Below are positions 1 to 9,850 of a DNA stretch of 64,000 nt, piece after piece. Source of the DNA: an uncultured bacterium (GTDB lineage: Bacteria > Fidelibacterota > Marinisomatia > Marinisomatales > JACNKV01); contig CAZYDH010000001.1 of assembly GCA_964645915.1 (NCBI GenBank), positions 76,573-140,572 of the forward strand. Reading direction: 5' to 3'. Both the position numbers and the translations under genes were made by a program. Below the pieces are notes generated by a model. That model did not search any database. It was not told where the DNA came from and was given only the letters and a program-made list of their open reading frames with translations. Position 1 is the first letter of the stretch; each line of letters opens with the position of its first letter.

Positions 1-2
1 CA

Positions 3-536
3 ACGGATCAATCATCCGGCAATCTGGGCTCGTTTGACGGCTGGACATTTAAAGATCATTATTACCTTTTAACCGAGATCCGTGAAATGATAGAGATGAA
101 ATCAATTGGTGGATACATCTTTTTTATTATCTTGATGTCTCTCGCAATGTTGGCAATCTTTGACACACAAGTTTTGTCAATCTTTCGCCGACAGAAAGAG
201 ATTGGAACCCACATTGCACTCGGTATGACACAGCGACAGGTGATTGCATTGTTTACCGTAGAAGGAGCTGTGCACTCCATCTTTGCAGCGATTTTAGCAG
301 CGATTTATGGGTACCCACTTTTGGCGTACCAGGCGTCTGTAGGGTGGGCTATGCCGGCGGGATCAGATGATTTTGGATTAACGATAGCAGAAGTGATTTA
401 TCCTGCTTATAGCTTAGGATTGGTGCTGGGAACCACCTTGATTGTTCTCATCACAACGACGATTGTCAGCTACTTACCCACACGTCGAATTTCAAAGATG
501 AACCCAACTGATGCAATTCGGGGGAAAATCCAATGA
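3..536 (+). CDS. ABC transporter permease, FtsX-like, C-terminal part (5' end outside window)
   Basis: The frame is open from nt 3 to the window edge, so the gene starts upstream. The translated tail has an FtsX-type C-terminal TM bundle (IFFIILMSLAMLAIF, LGLVLGTTLIVLITTTIV) and ends LPTRRISKMNPTDAIRG. Its stop overlaps the next start (ATGA at 533). Confidence 0.7.
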   Translation, partial: TDQSSGNLGSFDGWTFKDHYYLLTEIREMIEMKSIGGYIFFIILMSLAMLAIFDTQVLSIFRRQKEIGTHIALGMTQRQVIALFTVEGAVHSIFAAILAAIYGYPLLAYQASVGWAMPAGSDDFGLTIAEVIYPAYSLGLVLGTTLIVLITTTIVSYLPTRRISKMNPTDAIRGKIQ

Positions 537-1807
537 TTAGATTTATTGTGAAAGGATTGTTGAGAGATCATCATAGAAGTTTATTCCCAATTTTAATTGT
601 AACGATTGGAGTTTGGATCACGGTGTTTTTCCAAGCGTATTTAAACGGCGTCTTTGGTGAATTGGTTGACACAACTGCACGTTTTTCAACCGGTCATGTA
701 AAAATAATGACAAGAGCGTACGCTGAGAACCAGGATCAAAGGCCCAATGATCTGGCGTTGATGGAGACGGATAAGATTAGCTTAGAATTACAGCAACAAT
801 ATCCGGACATGACTTGGGTACAAAGAATTCAATTTGGTGGACTATTGGACATCCCGGACGTAAATGGTGAAACACGATCTCAAGGACCGGTATTTGGAAT
901 GGGTGTTGATTTGTTTAATTCAGAAAGCGGTGAAACAAATCGACTCAACATTGAAAAATCAATTGTTTCCGGCCGAATGCCTAAAAAACCGGGAGAAATA
1001 TTGATTAGCGATAAGCTGGCTGAGAAATTAAATATTGAGATAAATGAACCTGCGACCCTTCTGGGTTCAACCATGTACGGAAGTACAACGTTTTACAACT
1101 TTAAAGTTGTTGGAACAATACGTTTTGGAATTACTGCCATGGACAGGGGTGCAATGATCGCAGATATTACAGATATCCAGCTTGCGTTGGATATGCAAAA
1201 TGCCTGTGGAGAAATTTTGGGATACTTGCCGGATGGTGTCTATAATCATGAAAAGAGTGAATTGATCACAAACCAATTCAATGCCGGATATCTGAAATCA
1301 AATGATGAATTTGCCCCAACGATGGCAACATTACAATCATCAGGTGGTCTTTCTGAGTATATGGATATGGTTGATTATTTTTCTGAAAGTATTGTGTTTA
1401 TTTTCATTTTTGTAATGTCAATTGTGTTATGGAATGCAGGGTTGTTAGGCGGGCTAAGACGGTATGGAGAAGTGGGCGTTCGCTTAGCCATTGGAGAACA
1501 AAAAGGTCATATTTATCGATCGTTGATCTATGAATCGGTATTCATTGGACTAATTGGATCTATTTTCGGAACGATTATTGGACTTGGATGTGCCTATTGG
1601 CTACAAACCCAAGGTTTAGATATTAGCTCAATGATGAAAAATATTAATATGATGTTTCCTGCAGTCATTAGAGCAAAGATTACTCCTGAAACATATTACA
1701 TAGGATTTATTCCCGGATTTGTTTCTACAATTTTAGGTACAGCTTTATCCGGAATTGGTATCTATAAGCGTCAAACTGCTCAGCTATTTAAAGAACTGGA
1801 AACCTAA
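533..1807 (+). CDS. ABC transporter permease, FtsX/MacB-LolE-like
   Basis: 424-aa ORF with an N-terminal TM helix (LFPILIVTIGVWITVFF), a long periplasmic domain and a C-terminal three-TM FtsX-type bundle. It is translationally coupled to the upstream permease. Confidence 0.75.
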   Translation: MIRFIVKGLLRDHHRSLFPILIVTIGVWITVFFQAYLNGVFGELVDTTARFSTGHVKIMTRAYAENQDQRPNDLALMETDKISLELQQQYPDMTWVQRIQFGGLLDIPDVNGETRSQGPVFGMGVDLFNSESGETNRLNIEKSIVSGRMPKKPGEILISDKLAEKLNIEINEPATLLGSTMYGSTTFYNFKVVGTIRFGITAMDRGAMIADITDIQLALDMQNACGEILGYLPDGVYNHEKSELITNQFNAGYLKSNDEFAPTMATLQSSGGLSEYMDMVDYFSESIVFIFIFVMSIVLWNAGLLGGLRRYGEVGVRLAIGEQKGHIYRSLIYESVFIGLIGSIFGTIIGLGCAYWLQTQGLDISSMMKNINMMFPAVIRAKITPETYYIGFIPGFVSTILGTALSGIGIYKRQTAQLFKELET

Positions 1808-1829
1808 GGAAGACCTTAAACAATAAGGA

Positions 1830-2573
1830 ATGATGATGAAAAAAATATTATTTTTTATGATCTGTTCTGCTTTTCTTTTTGGAGAAGAAGAGCTCATATC
1901 TGCAGATGAAATATTGAAAAAAATCGATGACAATACAATTGCAGGAAATCGATCTGCCACTCTAACAATGGTGATCCATGGTCGCAGGGGAGACCGAACA
2001 ATGACCTTAAAATCTTGGGTTGAGGGCTCTGAAAAATCTTTCAGTGAATATCTGGCTCCGGCAAGAGAAAAAGGAACAAAAATGCTGAAACTCAGTGATC
2101 AACTTTGGATGTATTCTCCTCAATCCGACCGGGTCATTCGAATTGCCGGGCATATGCTGCGTCAATCGATGATGGGTTCTGATTTTTCATATGAAGATGT
2201 CATGGAAGATCGTTCTCTTTCAGAAATTTATAAAGCAGAAACATTGGGATCTGAATTTATCTTTGAAAGAGACTGCTGGATTATTGAATTGAAGGCGATT
2301 ACGGAAGATATCACATATTTTTCTCGTAAAATTTGGGTTGACAAAGAGCGTTTACTTCCCCTAAAGGAGTTTCGTTATGCAAAAAGCGGCAAGCTGTTAA
2401 AAAAGACCGAAATTATTGAAACGTTCAAGTTGGAGGATCGATGGTATCCGAAACATATCATTTTTAAAGATGAGTTATCGAAAAACAAAGGAACTGAATT
2501 AATTTTTGATGCAATCGAATTTGACGCAGAGATTCCGCCACATATTTTTTCAAAAGCTGCATTACGGAAATAA
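1830..2573 (+). CDS. LolA-like outer-membrane lipoprotein-sorting protein
   Basis: 247-aa ORF with a signal peptide (MKKILFFMICSAFLFG). Its position directly after an FtsX permease pair and its sequence style match the LolA-like sorting-protein family. The call is from memory and was not searched. Confidence 0.55.
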   Translation: MMMKKILFFMICSAFLFGEEELISADEILKKIDDNTIAGNRSATLTMVIHGRRGDRTMTLKSWVEGSEKSFSEYLAPAREKGTKMLKLSDQLWMYSPQSDRVIRIAGHMLRQSMMGSDFSYEDVMEDRSLSEIYKAETLGSEFIFERDCWIIELKAITEDITYFSRKIWVDKERLLPLKEFRYAKSGKLLKKTEIIETFKLEDRWYPKHIIFKDELSKNKGTELIFDAIEFDAEIPPHIFSKAALRK

Positions 2574-2627
2574 TCCATCGTTAGCTTCATCTTGGAATAA
2601 AACATAATTAGGAATTACATTCCAACA

Positions 2628-3926
2628 ATGAAGAACTTACAAAAACGATTTTTCTCATTGATAATAATCTCTCAGATTGTTTTCGCAGTGGGACTTGACT
2701 ACTCTATTACATTAAACCCAAATCTTCAATATATCAATCACACTCAGACAGATGCTGATACTTTTTATACAGATTTCCGCGATATTGATGATTTTTTACG
2801 CGACGCGAACAGACCTTCTTTGATTGATGTTCATTTTGAATCAAATGAAATAAAAGGGTGGAAAATTGTTGCAAATTTAGGAGTCAGACTTAATTGGCTG
2901 AAGTTGGATGAAAATCTTCGAACCTTTCAAAAAGTTAAGGATATTAATCACCACTTCAATCGCAAGGGCTTCATTCAAAAAACAGGAAGCAATTATCGAG
3001 TAAAATTTGGAAGAGATAATATAGTTTGGGATGGAGAAAGAACAGGCACTATTCTATCAGACAACATGCCTCCCTTAGATCAACTCCGATTAGATATTTG
3101 GGGTGAGAAATGGATGTATCATAGCTTTATTATCGATGCGAACACGCGGAATGTTTTATCACAAGGAACAGATCTTGAAAAAATGATCATTGGACATCGG
3201 ATTGACATTGATTTGAAACAATCATGGAAGATCATTTTTGGAGAAGTTGTTTCTATCTCAAAAGAATTATCTCTTGCAGAATTAAACCCGTTTTTACCTT
3301 TGTATCATAATCAAGAATTCAGTAGTGGCACACACAATGTTATTACGACGATCGGTATTCAAAAACGTTTGAACCCTAAATCCATGCTTTTTGTGCAACT
3401 GGATATTGACGAAATCGACACCGATTTAATCGACGTAGAATGGCGAAAAGATGTCAATGCAACTCGTCCATTGGTTCATGGATTGCAAACGGGGTTGATC
3501 GCAGATAAACTCCAGTGTATTTATACGCAAACCTCTCCACATTTATATCAGCATTATGCTCGAAATAATGCCGACTTCGTTTTAGTTTATAGCCGACCGA
3601 TGGATGGAAAGAAATATCTTAATCGGTTTATGGGATATCCGCTGGGTGGTGGAGTGAAATCCGCAGAATTGATCCTTGGAAAGCGAAATATTCGATCCAT
3701 TCAATATCGATGGATCGAACAAACTCCGAATGCATTTTTCACAAACGACACATTAGGTGGTTTAAATTCACGTCATAGAATTGCAATCGAATGGGAAAAA
3801 CCTTTCAAGAGCAATATAACTTGTTTCGCCAAATGTGCCATTGAGCACCATAGTAATTATAGATTTACAAATACAAGCCGAACCATTACAGAAATTTTTA
3901 CCGGGCTTTCATGGATTGTAAAATAG
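2628..3926 (+). CDS. secreted/outer-membrane protein of unknown function (possibly Wzi-like)
   Basis: 432-aa ORF with a signal peptide (FFSLIIISQIVFA) and a beta-rich, aromatic-rich composition. The segment GRDNIVWDGERTGTILSDNMPPLDQLRLDI is reminiscent of Wzi-type capsule-assembly barrels, but this is weak. Confidence 0.4.
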   Translation: MKNLQKRFFSLIIISQIVFAVGLDYSITLNPNLQYINHTQTDADTFYTDFRDIDDFLRDANRPSLIDVHFESNEIKGWKIVANLGVRLNWLKLDENLRTFQKVKDINHHFNRKGFIQKTGSNYRVKFGRDNIVWDGERTGTILSDNMPPLDQLRLDIWGEKWMYHSFIIDANTRNVLSQGTDLEKMIIGHRIDIDLKQSWKIIFGEVVSISKELSLAELNPFLPLYHNQEFSSGTHNVITTIGIQKRLNPKSMLFVQLDIDEIDTDLIDVEWRKDVNATRPLVHGLQTGLIADKLQCIYTQTSPHLYQHYARNNADFVLVYSRPMDGKKYLNRFMGYPLGGGVKSAELILGKRNIRSIQYRWIEQTPNAFFTNDTLGGLNSRHRIAIEWEKPFKSNITCFAKCAIEHHSNYRFTNTSRTITEIFTGLSWIVK

Positions 3927-3962
3927 TTTCAACACTATTGCTGACATAGACAAAAACATATA

Positions 3963-6191
3963 ATGAAAAAAACGATCGAATTAAAAATAGGTGGGATGCA
4001 TTGTGCTGGATGTAGCTCTTCGGTGGAAAATGCATTATTACGGATTGAAAATGTTGAGTCCGCCGTTGTCAGTCTTACGCTGGAAAAAGCAACTGTAATA
4101 GGCGAAAATATTTCATCGGAACACTTAATTAACGCCATCAATGATTCCGGGTTTAAAGCAAAAGAAATATCAACCGAGTCTGTTGTTGCTACTGAAGAAC
4201 TAACAGAACAAGAAATACAATTTAAATCTGCGCGCAAGAAAGTCATTGCCGGCTGGTTGTTTACAATCCCGATTATGATTTGGATGATCCCCGAAATGGG
4301 CTTTCATATCATGTGGCCGTCACCATTTATTTTTCATTTAGGAATGGTGGTTTTAAGTGGGTTGGTTATGTTTACGGCCGGATTGGATACCCTGCGAAGC
4401 GCTGTTAAGTCGGCTATTCATCGATCTCCAAACATGGACGTTCTAATCGCATTGGGATCTCTTGCTGCATGGATGACAGGCATTGTAAAACTGCTGGCTT
4501 TTAGTGGGTTGGTTCCATCGATGCCATCCTTTGCAGGAATTGCAGGAATGATTGTCGCATTTCATTTGAGTGGGAGGTATATTGAATCAAAAGCACGAGG
4601 ACAATCCTCTGCGGCGATTAGAAAACTCATGACGATCGGAGCGAAAAAAGCAATTGTTTTAGATTCTACAGGGAACGAATATGAAATTGACGTACAAGAT
4701 CTTAAACCGGGAGAGGTATTCATTGTACGTGCGGGTGAAAAGATACCCACCGATGGAAAGATCATAAATGGAAGGGCTTCAGTTGATGAATCTATTGTAA
4801 CCGGGGAACCCATGCCTGTACAAAAAGAAATCGGTGACTCGGTGGTGGGAGCGACGATCAATCTAGATGGAACATTAGAAATTCAAACCACGAAAATTGG
4901 GAAAGAAACATTTTTAGCGCAGGTAATTAAATTGGTAGAGTCTGCACAAACGACAAAAGTTCCGATACAAGTTTTTGCAGATCGTATCACTGCGATTTTT
5001 GTCCCTATTGTTTTAATATTGGCATTAACGACATTTGTTACCTGGCTTGTTTTTTATGATCAAATGGTCATAATTGCTGGAATATTTGTGAATTGGTTTC
5101 CCTGGGCGAATTTATCAATGTCACCGGTAGCGATCGCTTTTTATGCAGGGATTGCAGTTCTGGTCATCGCATGTCCTTGTGCGTTAGGGTTGGCAACACC
5201 AACTGCTTTAATGGTGGGAAGTGGAAAGGGAGCCGAGAATGGGATTTTGATCCGTGATGGAGCCGCCATCCAAAGAATGAATGAAGTCACAACTGTAGTT
5301 CTGGATAAAACCGGAACATTAACCAAAGGTGAACCGAAAGTATCAAACATCCTCATTGAAAAGAACATATCAGAAGAGGAAATATTAAAACTTGCAGCCT
5401 CGTTGGAGATTGAATCAACCCATCCGCTAGCCAAAGCGATTGTAAAAAAAGCGAATAAGAAAAAAATTGAGCTGATAAAAGCAGAAGATATCCACGTTGC
5501 GCCCGGAAAAGGGAATGTCGGAGTAGTAGATGGGAAAGCAATAAAAATCGGCACGGCTGATTTTGTCGGAGCCGAGTCACAAGAATTTGAAGAAAGAACT
5601 CCGGTTTATATGTCCATAGACAATCACCCTGCAGCAATTTTTTTACTGACTGATGAGATTAAGACCGAAGCCAAGAAGATTGTTTCTGAATTGAAGAGAA
5701 AAGGAAAGCGAGTCCTTCTTGTAACGGGCGACAGAGAAAGAACAGCAAAAGCATTATCCGATATATTACAGATTGAGGAATATAGAGCAGAAGTATTACC
5801 CGGAGAAAAAGCTTCAATAGTGAAAGAACTTCAAAACTCAGGAGATGTCGTTGCAATGGTGGGCGATGGGATCAACGATGCGCCGGCTTTAGCTCAAGCT
5901 GATGTTGGAATTGCCCTAAGCACCGGAACAGATATTGCAATGGAAACAGGAGAAATTGTGCTGACCGGAATAGATTTGTATGGAATTATTAAAGCATTCA
6001 ATTTATCAAAAGCAGTATTTAAAAAGATAAAACAGAATCTGTTTTGGGCGTTTATTTATAATTTGATTGCGATCCCAATGGCGGTGTTGGCGTTGTTACA
6101 TCCTATTATTGCAGAGTTGGCGATGGTGTTTTCTTCGATAAATGTTGTAGGAAATTCAAACCGACTTAGGGGAATAAAACTCAATAACTAA
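3963..6191 (+). CDS. copA: copper-translocating P1B-type ATPase
   Basis: One N-terminal heavy-metal-binding domain ([12 protein letters not shown]). Also TGEPMPV, the CPC motif ([12 protein letters not shown]), the phosphorylation site LDKTGTLT and the hinge [13 protein letters not shown]. Confidence 0.93.
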   Translation: MKKTIELKIGGMHCAGCSSSVENALLRIENVESAVVSLTLEKATVIGENISSEHLINAINDSGFKAKEISTESVVATEELTEQEIQFKSARKKVIAGWLFTIPIMIWMIPEMGFHIMWPSPFIFHLGMVVLSGLVMFTAGLDTLRSAVKSAIHRSPNMDVLIALGSLAAWMTGIVKLLAFSGLVPSMPSFAGIAGMIVAFHLSGRYIESKARGQSSAAIRKLMTIGAKKAIVLDSTGNEYEIDVQDLKPGEVFIVRAGEKIPTDGKIINGRASVDESIVTGEPMPVQKEIGDSVVGATINLDGTLEIQTTKIGKETFLAQVIKLVESAQTTKVPIQVFADRITAIFVPIVLILALTTFVTWLVFYDQMVIIAGIFVNWFPWANLSMSPVAIAFYAGIAVLVIACPCALGLATPTALMVGSGKGAENGILIRDGAAIQRMNEVTTVVLDKTGTLTKGEPKVSNILIEKNISEEEILKLAASLEIESTHPLAKAIVKKANKKKIELIKAEDIHVAPGKGNVGVVDGKAIKIGTADFVGAESQEFEERTPVYMSIDNHPAAIFLLTDEIKTEAKKIVSELKRKGKRVLLVTGDRERTAKALSDILQIEEYRAEVLPGEKASIVKELQNSGDVVAMVGDGINDAPALAQADVGIALSTGTDIAMETGEIVLTGIDLYGIIKAFNLSKAVFKKIKQNLFWAFIYNLIAIPMAVLALLHPIIAELAMVFSSINVVGNSNRLRGIKLNN

Positions 6192-6214
6192 AAATAATAT
6201 TTAAAATAATTGAA

Positions 6215-6247
6215 TAAAAAAGGGCCTCACTTGAGACCCTTTTTTAT
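6215..6247. terminator. bidirectional intrinsic terminator between convergent genes
   Basis: An A-run, then the hairpin AGGGCCTC-ACTT-GAGACCCT (6221-6240, one bulge), then a T-run (6241-6246). It lies between the copA stop and the stop of the minus-strand gene. Confidence 0.75.
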
Positions 6248-6268
6248 TAGAATAAGAGTTATTCCTGA

Positions 6269-9200
6269 TTACTTCAAGAACATCATTTTCTTAGTTGCGG
6301 TATAATCACCGGCTTCAATCCGATAGAAGTAGATACCACTACTTACCGGTTGACCGAAGTTATTTACACCGTTCCATTGAACTGTATGCGATCCAGGAGT
6401 TAATCCCTGTCTATCAATCTTTGCTACAGTATTTCCAAGCAGGTTGTAGATAGTCAATGTGACATCGGATACCTGAGGAATGTCGAATGAGATCGACGTA
6501 GTAGGATTGAACGGGTTCGGATAGTTCTGACGTAATGCAAATGAAGTCGGTAAAGGCTTCAGAGGATCTGTAGAAGCAGTTATCCAATCAAGAGCTTGTT
6601 TCAATGAACCTTCCTCTTTAGCTCCCCACCATACGTAAGGATCGTCATTTAATGACAGAGGATCAAATCCAAGGAATAAGGTTTTGTTACCATTTGTCCA
6701 TGTCTTATGGACACCAACAGCATTACCACCGGAGCTGAAACATACTGTTCCGTCTGCAGTGGGTACAAGTCCGTCAAGCCAGTTTGCGAATTCAATTTCA
6801 TAACCCGGATCATAAAGAACCGTGTCTCCACCTTCTGCTGCAAACAGTGCACCGGAGATCAGATCTCCTTCAACAGTTGCAATCGGTGAGATTGCAGCAT
6901 CGTTGATATCATTCAATGTTGAAGCAACACCAAGATTGTGGAAGAATGAACCTTCGGCAAAGTCTACATCGCCCCAGCTCATATTATAGATACCGAATGT
7001 TTCATCACCGGCAAGTACGTATTGTTTATCTCCTTGTGCTAACCAATCAGACAAGGCACCATCATAATAGGTATGAAGCGCACCGTAGAACGGATAATCG
7101 CTTGTAGTTGTGATTTCAAATACGGTGTTATAGAAACTAAGCAGTTCAGCCGTAGGAAGACCATTGACATTACTTTCCCAGAAATCCGGCCATACAAATA
7201 GGTTTCCTGTTACGTAATCATCGTAGAAATAGTATAATCCCGGATAGCTGCCGGAGTCCATTTCATTGTTTAATACAAACAGCACGTCTGAGGATGGCGC
7301 ATAAACGAAGTAACTATAATCAGCAGTTACAAATGAGCCACCGGCATCGGTTGCAACTAAATAATAAACAACTGTTGTTCCGCCTTCTTGTCCCGGGATG
7401 GAACCAGTAAAGGATCCATCTCCGTTGTCGGTCAGGGCTACGGTTGTAGCTTCACCATCAATGGTGTAAATCAGATCAACGGCGAACACATCCCCTTCGC
7501 GGTCTTCAGCGGTTGCAACAACCGTTATATCCTCCTGTGTGAAAATTGGTCCAGAAGGTCCGTCATGGCCAGTTATGACCGGGACTGATTCAACTTCAAA
7601 CCACTGCATTGTATTGTCAAGGAATCCGAAAAGAACGGCATCATCATCAATACCTTCGAGGTGCCATGGTACGAAAGCCATTCTATAAAAGCCGTCATAC
7701 ATTACACCACCAAAGTCAACAAAGTCTTCTTCTTCTGTACTAAACACATTGAAGATAGATTCAGCGTCGTCATCACCAATGATTTCATCAGCCCAGTTGG
7801 AGGCCTCAGGGCAAGTAACTTCGAACGGATCTAAGAACTCGCCGGTGAGGAGATTTCCTTCAACCCCAGTATAAAGAGTGTCTGTGGATCCAAAGTCATC
7901 GCCGTAGTAGTTTGCATCACTCCAGAAGTCAGAGGTGTGAAGGTAGTTGGCTAAGAACGGATATGCACCCGCATCTACAGTAGACCAACCTTCAGCTCCG
8001 CCTGTGATACCATAGATATAGTCAGCAGAGGAGAAAAGCAAATCCCCACCATTGTCTAAGAAAGCCATAACATCAGCTTCAAGCGTTCCACCAACACCAA
8101 GCAATCCTTCACTGTTCAGACCTTGAATAATCACAAGGTCATCGTATTTATTCAATTCACATGCTGTTAATGCTCCACCGGATTGTGTGTTCCAGAAGTC
8201 TACTGAATAACCAAGCTCATAAAGAGCTTCGGCGATCCGAGCAGCATAAGTAGCATCCAATGCATTGGGACCATCGTCCAGAACGAGGACATCAGCGCCG
8301 GCTGTGTATTCACGTACTGTGAAAGATTTGGGAGCTAATGACAGATCTGTTGTGTGTTGTACACCGCCTGCAGGATTCTCATCACCATTATCAACTGCTT
8401 TCCAGTAGTATGAAACAGTGGTTCCAACAGGAACAGATGGAATAGTTCCGGTAAAGATATCGTCAACGCCGCTACCTACTAATTCAGTTTCTACAACGCC
8501 GTCACCAATGTCATATCCGAAGATAACGCTGGTTAATGCACCGGTAAAGTCTGCAGTACCCACATCAACGATGTTTGCAGTAGCATAGTAAGGACCACCG
8601 TCACAGGATGCATATACATCTGGAAGATCTAATACATCTGTAATAAATGGTGGCGGGTCTCCGTAATAGTCAACTTTTGCATCGACAGCAAAGTTTAATC
8701 TTGGAACCCAGCAGCCTTCATCACAATAGGAAGCACCACCATTATAGAATTTGAATCCATGATTGTAAGTGGTTCCACTTCCACCGTCACCGGCATAGTA
8801 GTACAAGTCTGGACCATCACCACCAAAATCACCGATTACTTGGATAGCAAAGTCATTTGCTCCAACATCAGCCGGTGTTGGGAAAGTGAAATCAAGCAAC
8901 GTTGAAACGTCGGAAGAGGTCAATGGGAAAGTATAGGAAGCTAAGACGTTCCCCATAAAGTCCCCAGGTGACTCGTTGTAGTATGAAAAGTCATACACAC
9001 CGTTTGCATCCACACCCGCGGAAGTTACATCTAATACTTCACGGACGACGAGTGTTACGTCGGTACCAACCAATTCTGACTCAGAATGGAAATAGAGCTG
9101 TACACCCTCTACAGTACACTCTGTGTCTGGTCTGTACCAAACTGCAGCACTGTCACCTGTATTAAAGATAAATCCACCAAAGCCAGTGGAACCCGCATCA

Positions 9201-9487
9201 TATGCGATCACTGACGGGAAGCGAGAATCCGCTACCGGGGGTTGATCTCTTAACACGACAGTTTCAGGATCTTGTGTTTTTCTTGCCAGGCGAGGTCCTG
9301 CTGTTAATGCACGTTTTACAATCATATCATTGTTTTGTAAAACAGGTCCTGCAGGCAAGGCTTTTTCTGTAATTTGAGTTGATTGTCCTTTAGGAAGTTC
9401 GCCGGTGCTCTTTAAGATCGCATCGTAAGCAAACGTCACAGAAAAGACCATTACAAGAAAAAGCAATATTTTAACTGTTTTTTTCAT
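6269..9487 (-). CDS. large secreted protein with T9SS C-terminal sorting domain
   Basis: 1072-aa ORF with a signal peptide (MKKTVKILLFLVMVFSVTFA). The last ~88 aa (about nt 6269-6535), LRQNYPNPFNPTTSISFDIP...GIYFYRIEAGDYTATKKMMFLK, match the Por-secretion-tail type sorting domain. Two Ig-like modules share F(T)G(T/S)IP...GTTV.YY..A.D.G. There is a central flavodoxin/ThuA-like stretch (ADVLVLDDGP...YDDLVIIQG...FLDNGGDLLFSS). Confidence 0.8.
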   Translation of the reverse strand: MKKTVKILLFLVMVFSVTFAYDAILKSTGELPKGQSTQITEKALPAGPVLQNNDMIVKRALTAGPRLARKTQDPETVVLRDQPPVADSRFPSVIAYDAGSTGFGGFIFNTGDSAAVWYRPDTECTVEGVQLYFHSESELVGTDVTLVVREVLDVTSAGVDANGVYDFSYYNESPGDFMGNVLASYTFPLTSSDVSTLLDFTFPTPADVGANDFAIQVIGDFGGDGPDLYYYAGDGGSGTTYNHGFKFYNGGASYCDEGCWVPRLNFAVDAKVDYYGDPPPFITDVLDLPDVYASCDGGPYYATANIVDVGTADFTGALTSVIFGYDIGDGVVETELVGSGVDDIFTGTIPSVPVGTTVSYYWKAVDNGDENPAGGVQHTTDLSLAPKSFTVREYTAGADVLVLDDGPNALDATYAARIAEALYELGYSVDFWNTQSGGALTACELNKYDDLVIIQGLNSEGLLGVGGTLEADVMAFLDNGGDLLFSSADYIYGITGGAEGWSTVDAGAYPFLANYLHTSDFWSDANYYGDDFGSTDTLYTGVEGNLLTGEFLDPFEVTCPEASNWADEIIGDDDAESIFNVFSTEEEDFVDFGGVMYDGFYRMAFVPWHLEGIDDDAVLFGFLDNTMQWFEVESVPVITGHDGPSGPIFTQEDITVVATAEDREGDVFAVDLIYTIDGEATTVALTDNGDGSFTGSIPGQEGGTTVVYYLVATDAGGSFVTADYSYFVYAPSSDVLFVLNNEMDSGSYPGLYYFYDDYVTGNLFVWPDFWESNVNGLPTAELLSFYNTVFEITTTSDYPFYGALHTYYDGALSDWLAQGDKQYVLAGDETFGIYNMSWGDVDFAEGSFFHNLGVASTLNDINDAAISPIATVEGDLISGALFAAEGGDTVLYDPGYEIEFANWLDGLVPTADGTVCFSSGGNAVGVHKTWTNGNKTLFLGFDPLSLNDDPYVWWGAKEEGSLKQALDWITASTDPLKPLPTSFALRQNYPNPFNPTTSISFDIPQVSDVTLTIYNLLGNTVAKIDRQGLTPGSHTVQWNGVNNFGQPVSSGIYFYRIEAGDYTATKKMMFLK

Positions 9488-9683
9488 GTTGTTTTGTTCT
9501 CCTGTTTGTTAATTAAGTTTTCTCTACCGATTATCGTTCAATGATTACGAAGAGTCGGCATGGAAAATTATCAAAAATATAATGATGAAAATTCTCTGAG
9601 AAAACACATCACTATTGGAGTTTAAAAAACAATAGACACATATTCCAACACTATTTTGATATAAAAACTTTACACAATTATTT

Positions 9684-9807
9684 GTTGCTTTTTCGGTAAA
9701 AAACACTACAAATTAAACATCGTTTTGAGACAAAATCGATTAACAGTTGCATTTTCAGTAAAAAGCAGTACAAATTCTATGTGGGTTTAGATCAAAATCG
9801 ATATTTG
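9684..9807. repeat. 62-bp imperfect tandem repeat (2 units) in a divergent promoter region
   Basis: Unit A is 9684-9745 and unit B is 9746-9807. A 31-nt box (gttgc.tttc.gtaaaaa.ca.tacaaatt) matches at 27/31 positions. A 10-nt box, caaaatcgat, is identical and sits at the same 62-nt offset. The spacer between the boxes is divergent. Confidence 0.8.
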
Positions 9808-9850
9808 ATAAGCGCTTAAAACCAAATCATACACCAATAAAGAAAATTTA

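Noticed and set aside
3963-6191. Copper/metal resistance island around copA
   Set aside because: It is a single gene with no copZ, cueR/csoR or multicopper oxidase. There are no flanking repeats or mobility genes. It appears to be an ordinary chromosomal copA.
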